This document shows positions 1 through 7,976 of a DNA stretch of 26,405 bases, piece by piece; position 1 is the first letter of the stretch, and each line of letters begins with the position of its first letter. Where the stretch lies: positions 1 to 26,405 of the forward strand of contig JBHHXT010000053.1 of NCBI GenBank assembly GCA_046757165.1, read 5' to 3'. The notes under the pieces are model-generated. The model searched no databases. It had not been told where the DNA came from and saw only the letters and a list, made by a program, of their open reading frames with translations. Source of the stretch: a bacterium. GTDB taxonomy: Bacteria > Zhuqueibacterota > Zhuqueibacteria > Oceanimicrobiales > Oceanimicrobiaceae. A program made the translations under genes and the position numbers.

Positions 1-60
1 CACGAAATTGCACGAATTGACACGAATATTGACTCAGCGCGACAAATCCGCAATCCGTGG
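1..60. repeat. Short tandem REP-like repeat (CACGAA units, 10-nt period), truncated by window start
   Basis: CACGAA at 1, 11 and 21; same architecture as the CGCGAAT units at 13979/13989/13999. Confidence 0.55.
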
Positions 61-76
61 CTAAGAGATTACAGGG

Positions 77-592
77 ATGAAAACAAAAGACAAGGATGGC
101 ATGATGAGCTTCCTGAAGACACCCCAATGGAATTGGAAAAAAATTCTTCTTCTCAGCACAAGTCTGGTTCTCCTCTCGGCCACCGAGGTTCTGGCACAAG
201 GCAGGGGATTCGGACTGGGGATTATTCTCGGTGAGCCCACGGGCATCAGTGGCAAAAGGTGGCTTTCGGCGAACACGGCCTTCGATTTCGCCGCAGCCTG
301 GTCCCTGCGCGAGGACAATTCGTTGACCCTGCACGCCAACTATTTGAGCCACAACTTCCACTTGATCAAGGTTGACGCCGGCAGCCTGCCCTTCTACTAT
401 GGCATCGGTGGCCGCATCCGTTTTGATGATCATGATGACCGGTTTGGCATCCGCGTGCCGCTCGGGCTCAATTATCATTTCCGGGACATCACGCTGGATG
501 CTTTCCTGGAGGTGGTGCCGATTTTGGACCTCGCACCGGAGACTGAGTTTGACATCAATGCGGCGCTTGGTCTCAGGTACTTTTTCAGGTGA
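77..592 (+). CDS. Outer-membrane beta-barrel protein, DUF3996-like (true start may be ATG 101)
   Basis: Signal peptide ending VLA-Q, GFGLGIILGEPTGIS N-terminal motif, alternating beta strands, C-terminal GLRYFF; AAGGA SD precedes ATG 101. Confidence 0.8.
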   Translation: MKTKDKDGMMSFLKTPQWNWKKILLLSTSLVLLSATEVLAQGRGFGLGIILGEPTGISGKRWLSANTAFDFAAAWSLREDNSLTLHANYLSHNFHLIKVDAGSLPFYYGIGGRIRFDDHDDRFGIRVPLGLNYHFRDITLDAFLEVVPILDLAPETEFDINAALGLRYFFR

Positions 593-639
593 CCAGTCAG
601 GCAGATAGGCTGTAGGCTTTTGATACCTGACAAGCTATT

Positions 640-734
640 TTCTGTCATTTTTGGCAAGACATGAAAATTATTTCCCACAAAGATAGAGGTTTCACGCGAA
701 GGCGCAAAGGGATCGCAGAGAAAAACCTTTGCGT
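640..734. repeat. Dispersed ~95-bp palindromic repeat, copy 1 (inverted copy at 17077-17171)
   Basis: Reverse complement aligns to 17077-17171 with about 10 differences by eye; internal hairpin ACGCGAAGGCGCAAAGG...CCTTTGCGTCTTTGCGT. Confidence 0.85.
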
Positions 735-789
735 CTTTGCGTTCGCCTCTAATTGCTTGTTCAGGTAGGAATATGAAAGGCAGGACACA

Positions 790-2004
790 GTGCAATTCAC
801 CACAATCCAATTCAAAAATTCCCGCGGTGAAAATCTGGCCGCGCGTCTCGATCTGCCGGTCGGCGAACAGGCCCGCGCGTTCGTCTTGTTCGCCCACTGT
901 TTCACGTGCTCGAAAAATCTAAGCGCCGTGGCCAACATCAGCCGCGCGCTGAACCGGCAGGGGATCGCGGTCCTGCGTTTCGACTTCACCGGCCTCGGCG
1001 AAAGTGAAGGGACTTTTGCTGACACCAACTTTTCGTCAAATGTCGCAGATCTCATTTCGGCCGCGGAATTTCTCGAAACCGAATTCCAGGCGCCCGATGT
1101 CCTGGTCGGACATTCGCTCGGGGGCGCCGCAGTCCTGCAGGCCGCCGGCAACATCGCAAGCGTGCGCGCCGTCGCAACCATCGGGGCGCCGGCAGAGCCA
1201 TCGCACGTGCGCCACCTGCTGGTAAACTCGCAGGCACAGATCAAAGCCGAAGGCCAGGCACAGATCAAACTTGCCGGCCGCACCTTTACCATCAAGAAAC
1301 AATTTCTGGAAGACCTTGAACAGACCCGCATGCAGGCCACAATCGCAGCGTTGAAGAAACCCCTCCTGGTGCTGCACTCCCCGGTTGACAACACGGTCGG
1401 CATCGACAACGCAGGTGTGATTTTTCAGGCGGCGCGCCATCCCAAAAGTTTTGTCTCTTTAGACCACGCGGACCACTTGCTGACCGATGAGCGCGATTCA
1501 CGCTACGCCGGCTCCGTCATCGCGGCCTGGGCGGGCAGGTATCTCGGCGAACCCAAACCGCCCAAACGTGACCCGGGCGACAATCAGATTCTGGTTCGAA
1601 CCGGCAGGCAGGGTTACCAGACAGAAATCGACGCCAACGGCCACAGTCTGATTGCGGATGAGCCCGGGTCCGCGGGCGGAACTAATAGCGGGCCGACGCC
1701 GTACGACTTACTGGTATCTGCCCTCGGCACCTGTACCTCCATGACACTGCGCATGTATGCTGACCACAAAGGCTGGCCACTCGAGGGCATCGAAGTTCGC
1801 TTGCAGCATGAGAAGGTCCATGCCCGGGACTGCGAGACCTGCGAAACGCAAACAGGGAAAATCGACCGGATTGTGCGGGAAATTGTCTTGCATGGCCCCC
1901 TTGATCAAGCCCAGAAGGAACGGCTGTTGGAAATTGCCGACCGGTGTCCGGTGCATCGAACATTGCAGGCAGAGATACGGGTCGCCACCAGGCTAGCAGG
2001 CTAA
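790..2004 (+). CDS. Bifunctional alpha/beta hydrolase / OsmC-family protein
   Basis: AHCFTC, RFDFTGLGESEG, GHSLGG nucleophile elbow, ADHLL; C-terminal ADEP..GG...GPTPYDLL..LGTC and RCPVHRTL OsmC motifs; GTG start after CAGGA. Confidence 0.93.
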   Translation: MQFTTIQFKNSRGENLAARLDLPVGEQARAFVLFAHCFTCSKNLSAVANISRALNRQGIAVLRFDFTGLGESEGTFADTNFSSNVADLISAAEFLETEFQAPDVLVGHSLGGAAVLQAAGNIASVRAVATIGAPAEPSHVRHLLVNSQAQIKAEGQAQIKLAGRTFTIKKQFLEDLEQTRMQATIAALKKPLLVLHSPVDNTVGIDNAGVIFQAARHPKSFVSLDHADHLLTDERDSRYAGSVIAAWAGRYLGEPKPPKRDPGDNQILVRTGRQGYQTEIDANGHSLIADEPGSAGGTNSGPTPYDLLVSALGTCTSMTLRMYADHKGWPLEGIEVRLQHEKVHARDCETCETQTGKIDRIVREIVLHGPLDQAQKERLLEIADRCPVHRTLQAEIRVATRLAG

Positions 2005-2032
2005 TTTCTTTCGCAGACTTCGCTGCGAAAAA

Positions 2033-2126
2033 GTCATTTAGCGCTTCGCGCTGTCATTGGCCCTGCGGGCGTCATTTGGTCCTTGCCTGCTCAATGACAC
2101 CCGCAGGGCAAATGACAACAAATGAC
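2033..2126. repeat. GTCATT/AATGAC-family palindromic REP-like repeat, copy 1
   Basis: GTCATT at 2033, 2053, 2071 and AATGAC at 2093, 2111, 2121; long hairpin 2053-2116; related to 24873-24976. Confidence 0.7.
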
Positions 2127-2351
2127 GATTAATAAATCCATCGGTAGTTTCAAAAATTCTACGAAAAAATGAAAGAATAGCCTACGCGTTTATCAGGCAT
2201 GGCATTACCGGTAGCACTGTGCGACGAAGGCGAGACGGTTTTGACGCTGAAAGCGTCGTACAACACAGCATAAGTATCGTGAGTACAGCACTTGGACAGT
2301 ACAACGTCGATAAACCTTTGACACTACGAACCCATTCAAAAGGAAATAAGG

Positions 2352-5159
2352 ATGAAATTATTGACCTATTCGCTGAGCACCCTTTTGCTGACCCTGTCGT
2401 CCATGGCGACCACGCAAGAGAATTCCGCCCCGGACCAAAAGCTCCCTCTCGATCCCAACATCACCGTTGGCAGGCTCGAAAATGGGCTGACCTACTACAT
2501 CCGCGAGAACCACAAGCCTGAGGCCCGCGCCGAGCTGCGTCTGGTGGTCAACGCCGGCTCCGTGCTTGAAAACGATGACCAGCAGGGGTTGGCGCACTTT
2601 GTCGAGCACATGGCGTTCAACGGCACAGAAAACTTTGCCAAGCACGAAATCATCGACTACCTGGAATCCATCGGCATGCGCTTCGGGCCGGATATCAATG
2701 CCCGCACCAGCTTCGATGAAACCGTCTACATGTTGCAGGTGCCCACCGATGACGCGGAAATCGTCGAGACGGGATTTCAAATCTTGCAGGAATGGGCCTC
2801 CCATGTGAGCTTCGAGGAGGCGGAAATCGACAAAGAGCGCGGCGTGGTGGTGGAGGAATGGCGGCTTGGCCGCGGCGCCGGGGCGCGCATGCGGGACAAA
2901 CAGTTCCCGATCTTGTTCAAGGACTCGCGCTATGCCCAACGGCTGCCAATCGGCAAAAAGGAGATCCTGGAAAGCGCGCCGTATGATGCCCTGCTCCAGT
3001 TTTACCGGGATTGGTACCGGCCGGATTTGATGGCCGTCGTCGCTGTCGGAGATTTTGACAAAGCCTGGATTCAGTCGCTCATCGAGGAGCGGTTTTCCAC
3101 CATTCCGGCGGTGCAAGATAGTCGCCAGCGCGAGATGTTCCCGGTGCCCAATCACAAAGAGACGTTGTTTGCGCTTGCCTCCGACGTTGAAGCAACCCGT
3201 ACCAGTGTGGCCATCTATTACAAGAATGACGTCCAGGACGAAAGCACGGCCGGAGCGTACCGGCAGATGCTGGTCGAAAACATCTACAACGGCATGCTCA
3301 ACAACCGGCTCAACGAGCTTTTGCAACAGCCCGAGCCGCCGTTTCTGGCTGCTTTCTCCACCCAGGGCCGGTTTATCCGGACGAAAGAATTTTATGTGCT
3401 CAGCGCCTTCGTCAAGGAAAACGGCCTGCAGGCCGGGCTGGAAGCCATGCTCACAGAAGCGCTGAGGGTCAAACGGCACGGCTTTACGCGCACGGAGCTC
3501 GAGCGTGAGAAAACCGAGATGCTGCGCGGCATAGAACAAGCCTACAACGAACGCGACAAGACCGAATCAAGCCGCTATGCAGCGGAGTACATTCGTAACT
3601 TCCTGCAAGAAGAGCCCCTGCCGGGCATCGAAGCTGAATTCCAGCTCTACAAACAATTCCTGCCTGGCATCACGCTGGATGAAGTCAATGAGTTAGCCAA
3701 CAAGTGGATTCGCGACGACAACCGCGTGGTAACCGTCAGTACGCCGGAAAAGGAAGAAACCCCGCTGCCGAGCGAGCAAAGTCTGCTCACGGTGTTTGAA
3801 AAAGTCAATGGTCTGGCAATCGAGCCTTACGTCGACGCGGTGACCAACCAGCCGCTGGTCGCCAATCCGCCGACCCCTGGCACCATCATCCGGGAGAAAA
3901 CCATCCCCGAGCTTGGGGTCACGGAGTGGCAGTTGTCCAACGGCGTGCGGGTGGTCTTGAAGCCGACGGATTTCAAGAACGACGAACTCCTGTTCGACTC
4001 GTTCAGCCCGGGCGGCCACTCCCTGGTATCGGATGAAAACTACATTTCCGCCATTGCAGCCACGGCCATCATTGGCGAGGCCGGACTTGGCAATTTCGAT
4101 CAGATCGCGCTGCAAAAAAAGCTGGCGGGCAAGATCGTGAGTGTGTCCCCATCCATCGGAGAGCTGCAAGAAAGCATATCCGGTAGCGCCTCACCGCAGG
4201 ATCTCGAAACCATGTTCGAGCTCATCTACCTTTATTTCACCGCTCCGCGTAAGGATAGCACGGCGTACCTTTCCTTTCAAGCACGCATGAATGGCTTCAT
4301 CGAGAACCGGCATGCGAGCCCGGAGCAAGCCTACCGCGACACCATTCAGGTCACCATGTCCCGGCATCACTACCGCACGCGACCGTGGTCGAAAAAAGTG
4401 CTCGCAGAAATGGATCTGGAAAAGTCCTTCCGCATCTATCAAGATCGCTTTGCCGATGCCAGCGATTTCACCTTTTTGTTTGTTGGCAGTTTCGAGCTGG
4501 AGACCATGAAACCGCTGGTGGCGAAATACCTCGGCGGGCTACCGGCGGTGAATCGCAAAGAGGCATGGCGAGATATGGGCATCGACGCGCCAAAAGGCAT
4601 TGTCGAGAGAAAGGTCAAGAAAGGGCTCGAGCCCAAGAGCCAGGTCCGTCTTATTTTCACCGGCCCTTTCAAATGGAACCGCGAAAACCGCCACCGGCTG
4701 TTTTCCATGACTTCGGTTCTCCAGATCAAACTGCGGGAAATTCTGCGCGAGGATCTGAGCGGCACCTACGGCGTCGGTGTCTGGCCATCCGTTTCGCGCC
4801 ACCCGGATGAAGAGTACAGCATCAACATCGCGTTCGGCTGTGCACCAGAGCGGGTCGAGGAGCTCACCCAAACCGTCTTCGATCAAATTGACAGCTTGAA
4901 GACCCACGGCACCCGTAGCAAATACTTGAAAAAAGTGAAGAAGAAACAAACCCGCAAACGCCAGACCGACTTGAAGAAAAATGGTTTCTGGCTGCGCTCG
5001 CTGCGCGCCGCCTATTATCACGGCGGCGATCCAAAAACCATCCTGCAATTCGATGAGCTGGTGGACAGCCTGACGTTGAAGGATATTCGAAAGACTGCTG
5101 AGAAGTATTTCAACACCCGCAATTATGTCAAAGTGGTTTTGCTGCCTGAGGAATCTTAA
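2352..5159 (+). CDS. pqqL: M16 family zinc protease (PqqL-like, insulinase family), secreted
   Basis: GLAHFVEHMAFNGT inverted zinc motif HxxEH, NARTSFDETVY, second half LSNGVRVVLKPT and LRE..SGTYGV; signal peptide; AGGA SD. Confidence 0.93.
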   Translation: MKLLTYSLSTLLLTLSSMATTQENSAPDQKLPLDPNITVGRLENGLTYYIRENHKPEARAELRLVVNAGSVLENDDQQGLAHFVEHMAFNGTENFAKHEIIDYLESIGMRFGPDINARTSFDETVYMLQVPTDDAEIVETGFQILQEWASHVSFEEAEIDKERGVVVEEWRLGRGAGARMRDKQFPILFKDSRYAQRLPIGKKEILESAPYDALLQFYRDWYRPDLMAVVAVGDFDKAWIQSLIEERFSTIPAVQDSRQREMFPVPNHKETLFALASDVEATRTSVAIYYKNDVQDESTAGAYRQMLVENIYNGMLNNRLNELLQQPEPPFLAAFSTQGRFIRTKEFYVLSAFVKENGLQAGLEAMLTEALRVKRHGFTRTELEREKTEMLRGIEQAYNERDKTESSRYAAEYIRNFLQEEPLPGIEAEFQLYKQFLPGITLDEVNELANKWIRDDNRVVTVSTPEKEETPLPSEQSLLTVFEKVNGLAIEPYVDAVTNQPLVANPPTPGTIIREKTIPELGVTEWQLSNGVRVVLKPTDFKNDELLFDSFSPGGHSLVSDENYISAIAATAIIGEAGLGNFDQIALQKKLAGKIVSVSPSIGELQESISGSASPQDLETMFELIYLYFTAPRKDSTAYLSFQARMNGFIENRHASPEQAYRDTIQVTMSRHHYRTRPWSKKVLAEMDLEKSFRIYQDRFADASDFTFLFVGSFELETMKPLVAKYLGGLPAVNRKEAWRDMGIDAPKGIVERKVKKGLEPKSQVRLIFTGPFKWNRENRHRLFSMTSVLQIKLREILREDLSGTYGVGVWPSVSRHPDEEYSINIAFGCAPERVEELTQTVFDQIDSLKTHGTRSKYLKKVKKKQTRKRQTDLKKNGFWLRSLRAAYYHGGDPKTILQFDELVDSLTLKDIRKTAEKYFNTRNYVKVVLLPEES

Positions 5160-5162
5160 GAG

Positions 5163-5936
5163 ATGGTGAACACGTCGTCGATGAAATTCAAGGACCACTT
5201 TTCCGGGCAGGCCGGGGAGTACGCGACCTACCGTCCGACGTATCCGGCGGAGCTGTATGCCTATCTGGCGGCGCTCGCGCCACACCGGGAATTGGCCTGG
5301 GACTGCGCCACAGGCAACGGTCAGGCCGCCCTGGCGCTCGCCCCCCACTTTGCGCAAATCATCGCCACAGACGCCAGCCAGCAACAAATTCAAAACGCCA
5401 TACCTCATCCCGGGATCACCTACGAAGTCAGAAAGGCAGAAGACTCCGGGCGGGCGACAGGGTCATGTGATTTGATCACCGTGGCCCAGGCAGCACACTG
5501 GCTGGACCTGGAGCGCTTTTTTGCGGAATGCCAGCGTGTGCTCAAGCCCGGCGGTGTGCTCGCAATCTGGGGATACAATCTGCTGACGGTCGACCCCCTG
5601 ATCGACGAGATTCTGTGGACCTTTTATTCAGGAATTGTCGGGCCCTACTGGCCGCCAGAACGCAAGCTGCTCGAAGACAGGTATGCAACCCTGCCGTTCC
5701 CATTTGACGAGCTCCAGGCCCGGCCCTTCAAAATGACCTCGTTCTGGTGCCTCGCAGATTTGATTGGCTATTTGAACACCTGGTCTGCCACGCAGAGATT
5801 CGCCCGGCAAAACGGCACAAATCCGATTGCAAGAATCCAGGACAAACTCGCTGTCGTCTGGGGCACACCGGAGACGCAAAAGCGGATCGAGTGGCCGCTC
5901 GCTTTGAGAGTCGGGCGAGCCAAACCCGATGCCTGA
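5163..5936 (+). CDS. Class I SAM-dependent methyltransferase (alternative start 5181)
   Basis: KDHFS..A..YA.YRPTYP, AWDCATGNGQAA motif I, DLITVAQAAHW, RVLKPGG. Confidence 0.92.
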   Translation: MVNTSSMKFKDHFSGQAGEYATYRPTYPAELYAYLAALAPHRELAWDCATGNGQAALALAPHFAQIIATDASQQQIQNAIPHPGITYEVRKAEDSGRATGSCDLITVAQAAHWLDLERFFAECQRVLKPGGVLAIWGYNLLTVDPLIDEILWTFYSGIVGPYWPPERKLLEDRYATLPFPFDELQARPFKMTSFWCLADLIGYLNTWSATQRFARQNGTNPIARIQDKLAVVWGTPETQKRIEWPLALRVGRAKPDA

Positions 5937-6075
5937 ACCGAGCCAGCCCTGCCGAAGGCGTTGGATTGAACAACCTGAGGAGCATATAGGCCCCACGGGG
6001 GGGGGCATGGCTCCTTGCACCCAGGTCATTTTGCATTTTTCTTTTTGATTTTTCCATTCTGGTTCAAATACCCAA

Positions 6076-6624
6076 ATGTTAGACCCGATCCAGTTGATCG
6101 AGAAATACTACGATTGCAAATCCACCGTGTACCAAATCCTGCTGGTGCACAGCGAGATGGTTACCCAGAAGGCGCTGGCTCTGGCGGAGCGCGTGCCGCG
6201 TCTGGAGCCGGACGTAGAATTCATCCGCGAAGCCGCCATGCTGCACGACATTGGCATCTTTCTGACCCGGGCGCCGGAAATCGACTGCCATGGCGACCAG
6301 CCGTACATCATGCACGGCCCCCTGGGCAGGGAGCTGCTGGAGCGCGAGGGCCTGCCACGCCACGCGCTGGTCTGCGACCGGCACACGGGCGTGGGAATCA
6401 GCAAGGAGGACATCCTCCGCCAGGACCTGCCGCTGCCCCGGCGTGACATGCTGCCGGTGACGCTGGAGGAGAAAATCGTCTGCTTTGCGGATACCTTCTA
6501 CGGCAAGAATCCGCAAAAACTGCGCAAGGAGAGGCCAATCGAGAAGATAGAACAAAGGGTCACGCAATACGGCGGGGACAATCCGAAGAGACTGCAACAC
6601 TTTCTCGACCTTTTTGGAGTGTAA
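6076..6624 (+). CDS. HD/HDIG-domain metal-dependent phosphohydrolase
   Basis: HS..V, AAMLHDIG, YIMHG..G, RHTGVG, EEKIVCFADTFY. Confidence 0.9.
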   Translation: MLDPIQLIEKYYDCKSTVYQILLVHSEMVTQKALALAERVPRLEPDVEFIREAAMLHDIGIFLTRAPEIDCHGDQPYIMHGPLGRELLEREGLPRHALVCDRHTGVGISKEDILRQDLPLPRRDMLPVTLEEKIVCFADTFYGKNPQKLRKERPIEKIEQRVTQYGGDNPKRLQHFLDLFGV

Positions 6625-6773
6625 AGCCATCCTGAAATGGTGCCACCAGAATTCTGTTTACTCGATGACTGCGGAGCCGGAGGTCCACGTTTCCCCTTTG
6701 ACTTTTCACATTTCACAAAAATCTCGCACCTGATTGACACCGCCATCACCCCATCAACACACGAGGTCCAATC

Positions 6774-7310
6774 ATGCCGATCAAAGTCGCCATCCTGACG
6801 ATTTCCACGCGCGGGAGCGAGGGCAAACGCAAACAAGACAAAAGCGGAGACACCATTAAAAACATCATCCGCAAAATCGACGGCCAGGTCGCCGATTACA
6901 AGGTCATCCGCGATGATCAGGAACAGATCATGTGGGAATTGAAACGGTTGGCTGAAGTGGTCAAAGTCGACCTCGTGCTCACGACCGGGGGCACCGGACT
7001 TTCCCCGACGGATGTCACGCCGGAGGCGACCCTGGCTGTCATCGAGCGGCGCGTGCCCGGGCTCGAGGAGGCGATGCGCATGAGCGGCTTCCGCAAAACG
7101 CCGCATGCGCTGCTTTCGCGCGCGGTCGCAGGCACTTTGGAGAGAACATTGATCATCAACTTACCCGGCACTCCCAAAGGGGTGCAGGAGAATCTGGAAA
7201 CGATTCTGGAGACGATTCCGCATGCGGTCGAAGTGCTGCGCGGCGGCTTCATTGCAGACAAACAACACCAGTACAACCAACCAAACCCGGAACAAGAAAA
7301 TAAGATCTAA
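6774..7310 (+). CDS. mog: Molybdopterin adenylyltransferase, MogA/MoaB family
   Basis: VAILTIS, DKSG, LTTGGTGLSPTDVTPEAT, LSRAVAG, IINLPGTPKGV; GAGG SD. Confidence 0.92.
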   Translation: MPIKVAILTISTRGSEGKRKQDKSGDTIKNIIRKIDGQVADYKVIRDDQEQIMWELKRLAEVVKVDLVLTTGGTGLSPTDVTPEATLAVIERRVPGLEEAMRMSGFRKTPHALLSRAVAGTLERTLIINLPGTPKGVQENLETILETIPHAVEVLRGGFIADKQHQYNQPNPEQENKI

Positions 7311-7431
7311 AGGCGGAGTTCGCCAGGTTTACGCAAAGAGCGCCAATATCTCCCTTTGAAGGGAGACAGGTTTTCGCTCGTCCGGAGCGAAAAGCAGAGG
7401 GGTGTCTGCTACACACAAGAACAAATTATTG

Positions 7432-7460
7432 TTGACTTTTAGAGTTTTTTGTTTTAGATT
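7432..7460 (+). promoter_or_regulatory. Sigma70-like promoter P1 upstream of riboswitch
   Basis: TTGACT (7432-7437), 17-bp spacer, TAGATT (7455-7460); predicted start ~7467, just before the aptamer. Confidence 0.7.
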
Positions 7461-7469
7461 TGATGCGTT

Positions 7470-7544
7470 GTTCCGTGTAATTCCTCGTAATAGGGTCGAG
7501 GGAGTCTCCACCAACAAACCGTAAATTTGTTGTTACCGCGGAAC
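7470..7544 (+). promoter_or_regulatory. Purine-family riboswitch aptamer, probable 2'-deoxyguanosine-II (2'-dG-II) class
   Basis: P1 GUUCCGUG/CGCGGAAC, J1/2 UAA, P2 UUCCUCG/CGAGGGA with loop UAAUAGGGU, J2/3 GUCUCCAC, P3 CAACAAA/UUUGUUG with loop CCGUAAA, J3/1 UUAC; U47, C51, C74 plus 2-nt J3/1 insertion. Confidence 0.88.
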
Positions 7545-7582
7545 CCAGGCTCGTAGACAAACCACCAGGGTGGAGACTCCAA

Positions 7583-7660
7583 ATGATAATAATGACCACT
7601 CCCCCGAAATGGGACTTTCCTTATCATTGGATGTTCTTATTCAGTCAATGTCAATCTTAA
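7583..7660 (+). CDS. Putative 25-aa leader ORF (MIIMTTPPKWDFPYHWMFLFSQCQS) under riboswitch control
   Basis: ATG 7583 with GGTGGAG SD (7569-7575) inside the anti-aptamer strand; TAA 7658-7660; no recognisable homology. Confidence 0.3.
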   Translation: MIIMTTPPKWDFPYHWMFLFSQCQS

Positions 7661-7736
7661 TCAATCACACAGCGGACCACCCACAAGTACGGTGGTGTAC
7701 CAAAATAGGTCTGATTGCCTTAACAACACTTTGTTC

Positions 7737-7765
7737 TTGACAATCTTGTCTCAGTTTAGTAGATT
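7737..7765 (+). promoter_or_regulatory. Sigma70-like promoter P2 upstream of TonB-dependent receptor
   Basis: TTGACA (7737-7742), 17-bp spacer, TAGATT (7760-7765). Confidence 0.6.
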
Positions 7766-7976
7766 CCGGTTGAGGAAAAAGAGGGGGGAAGGGACTCCTG
7801 CCTAGAATAATTCGTTCGCCAGACACCACAAGAAGACCTTTAGAATACGAAATCATAGTATTTGGTTGAATTCCCGTACCTATTAATAATGTAAGGAGGT
7901 GATTTAGAAAATCTGTTGAGCCATATTTTGTTGTTGATTACTGTATGAGGGTAGTGCAAAAAAAGGAGGACTATTC

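Noticed and set aside
2130..2350. Possible ncRNA or small gene before the M16 protease (GACGCT-GAA-AGCGTC hairpin; ORF 2219-2521)
   Set aside because: Only one short hairpin and no recognisable motif; the ORF overlaps the protease out of frame and has no recognisable features
2358..3539. Long antisense ORFs (2358-3539, 4539-5408, 11224-12336, 13091-14047, 18033-18986, 20179-20973, 25217-25969)
   Set aside because: Shadow frames opposite well-supported genes in GC-rich DNA, without recognisable motifs
5991..6006. G9 tract as a phase-variation site
   Set aside because: Intergenic, not between identifiable promoter boxes, and partly explained by a small GCCCC/GGGGC hairpin
7349..7394. Hairpins after mog (and 2009-2030 after the OsmC fusion) as intrinsic terminators
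   Set aside because: Stems are followed by A rather than U tracts on both strands
7470..7544. Canonical guanine or adenine riboswitch
   Set aside because: Position 51 is C not U and J3/1 has two extra nucleotides, which fits the 2'-dG-II variant better
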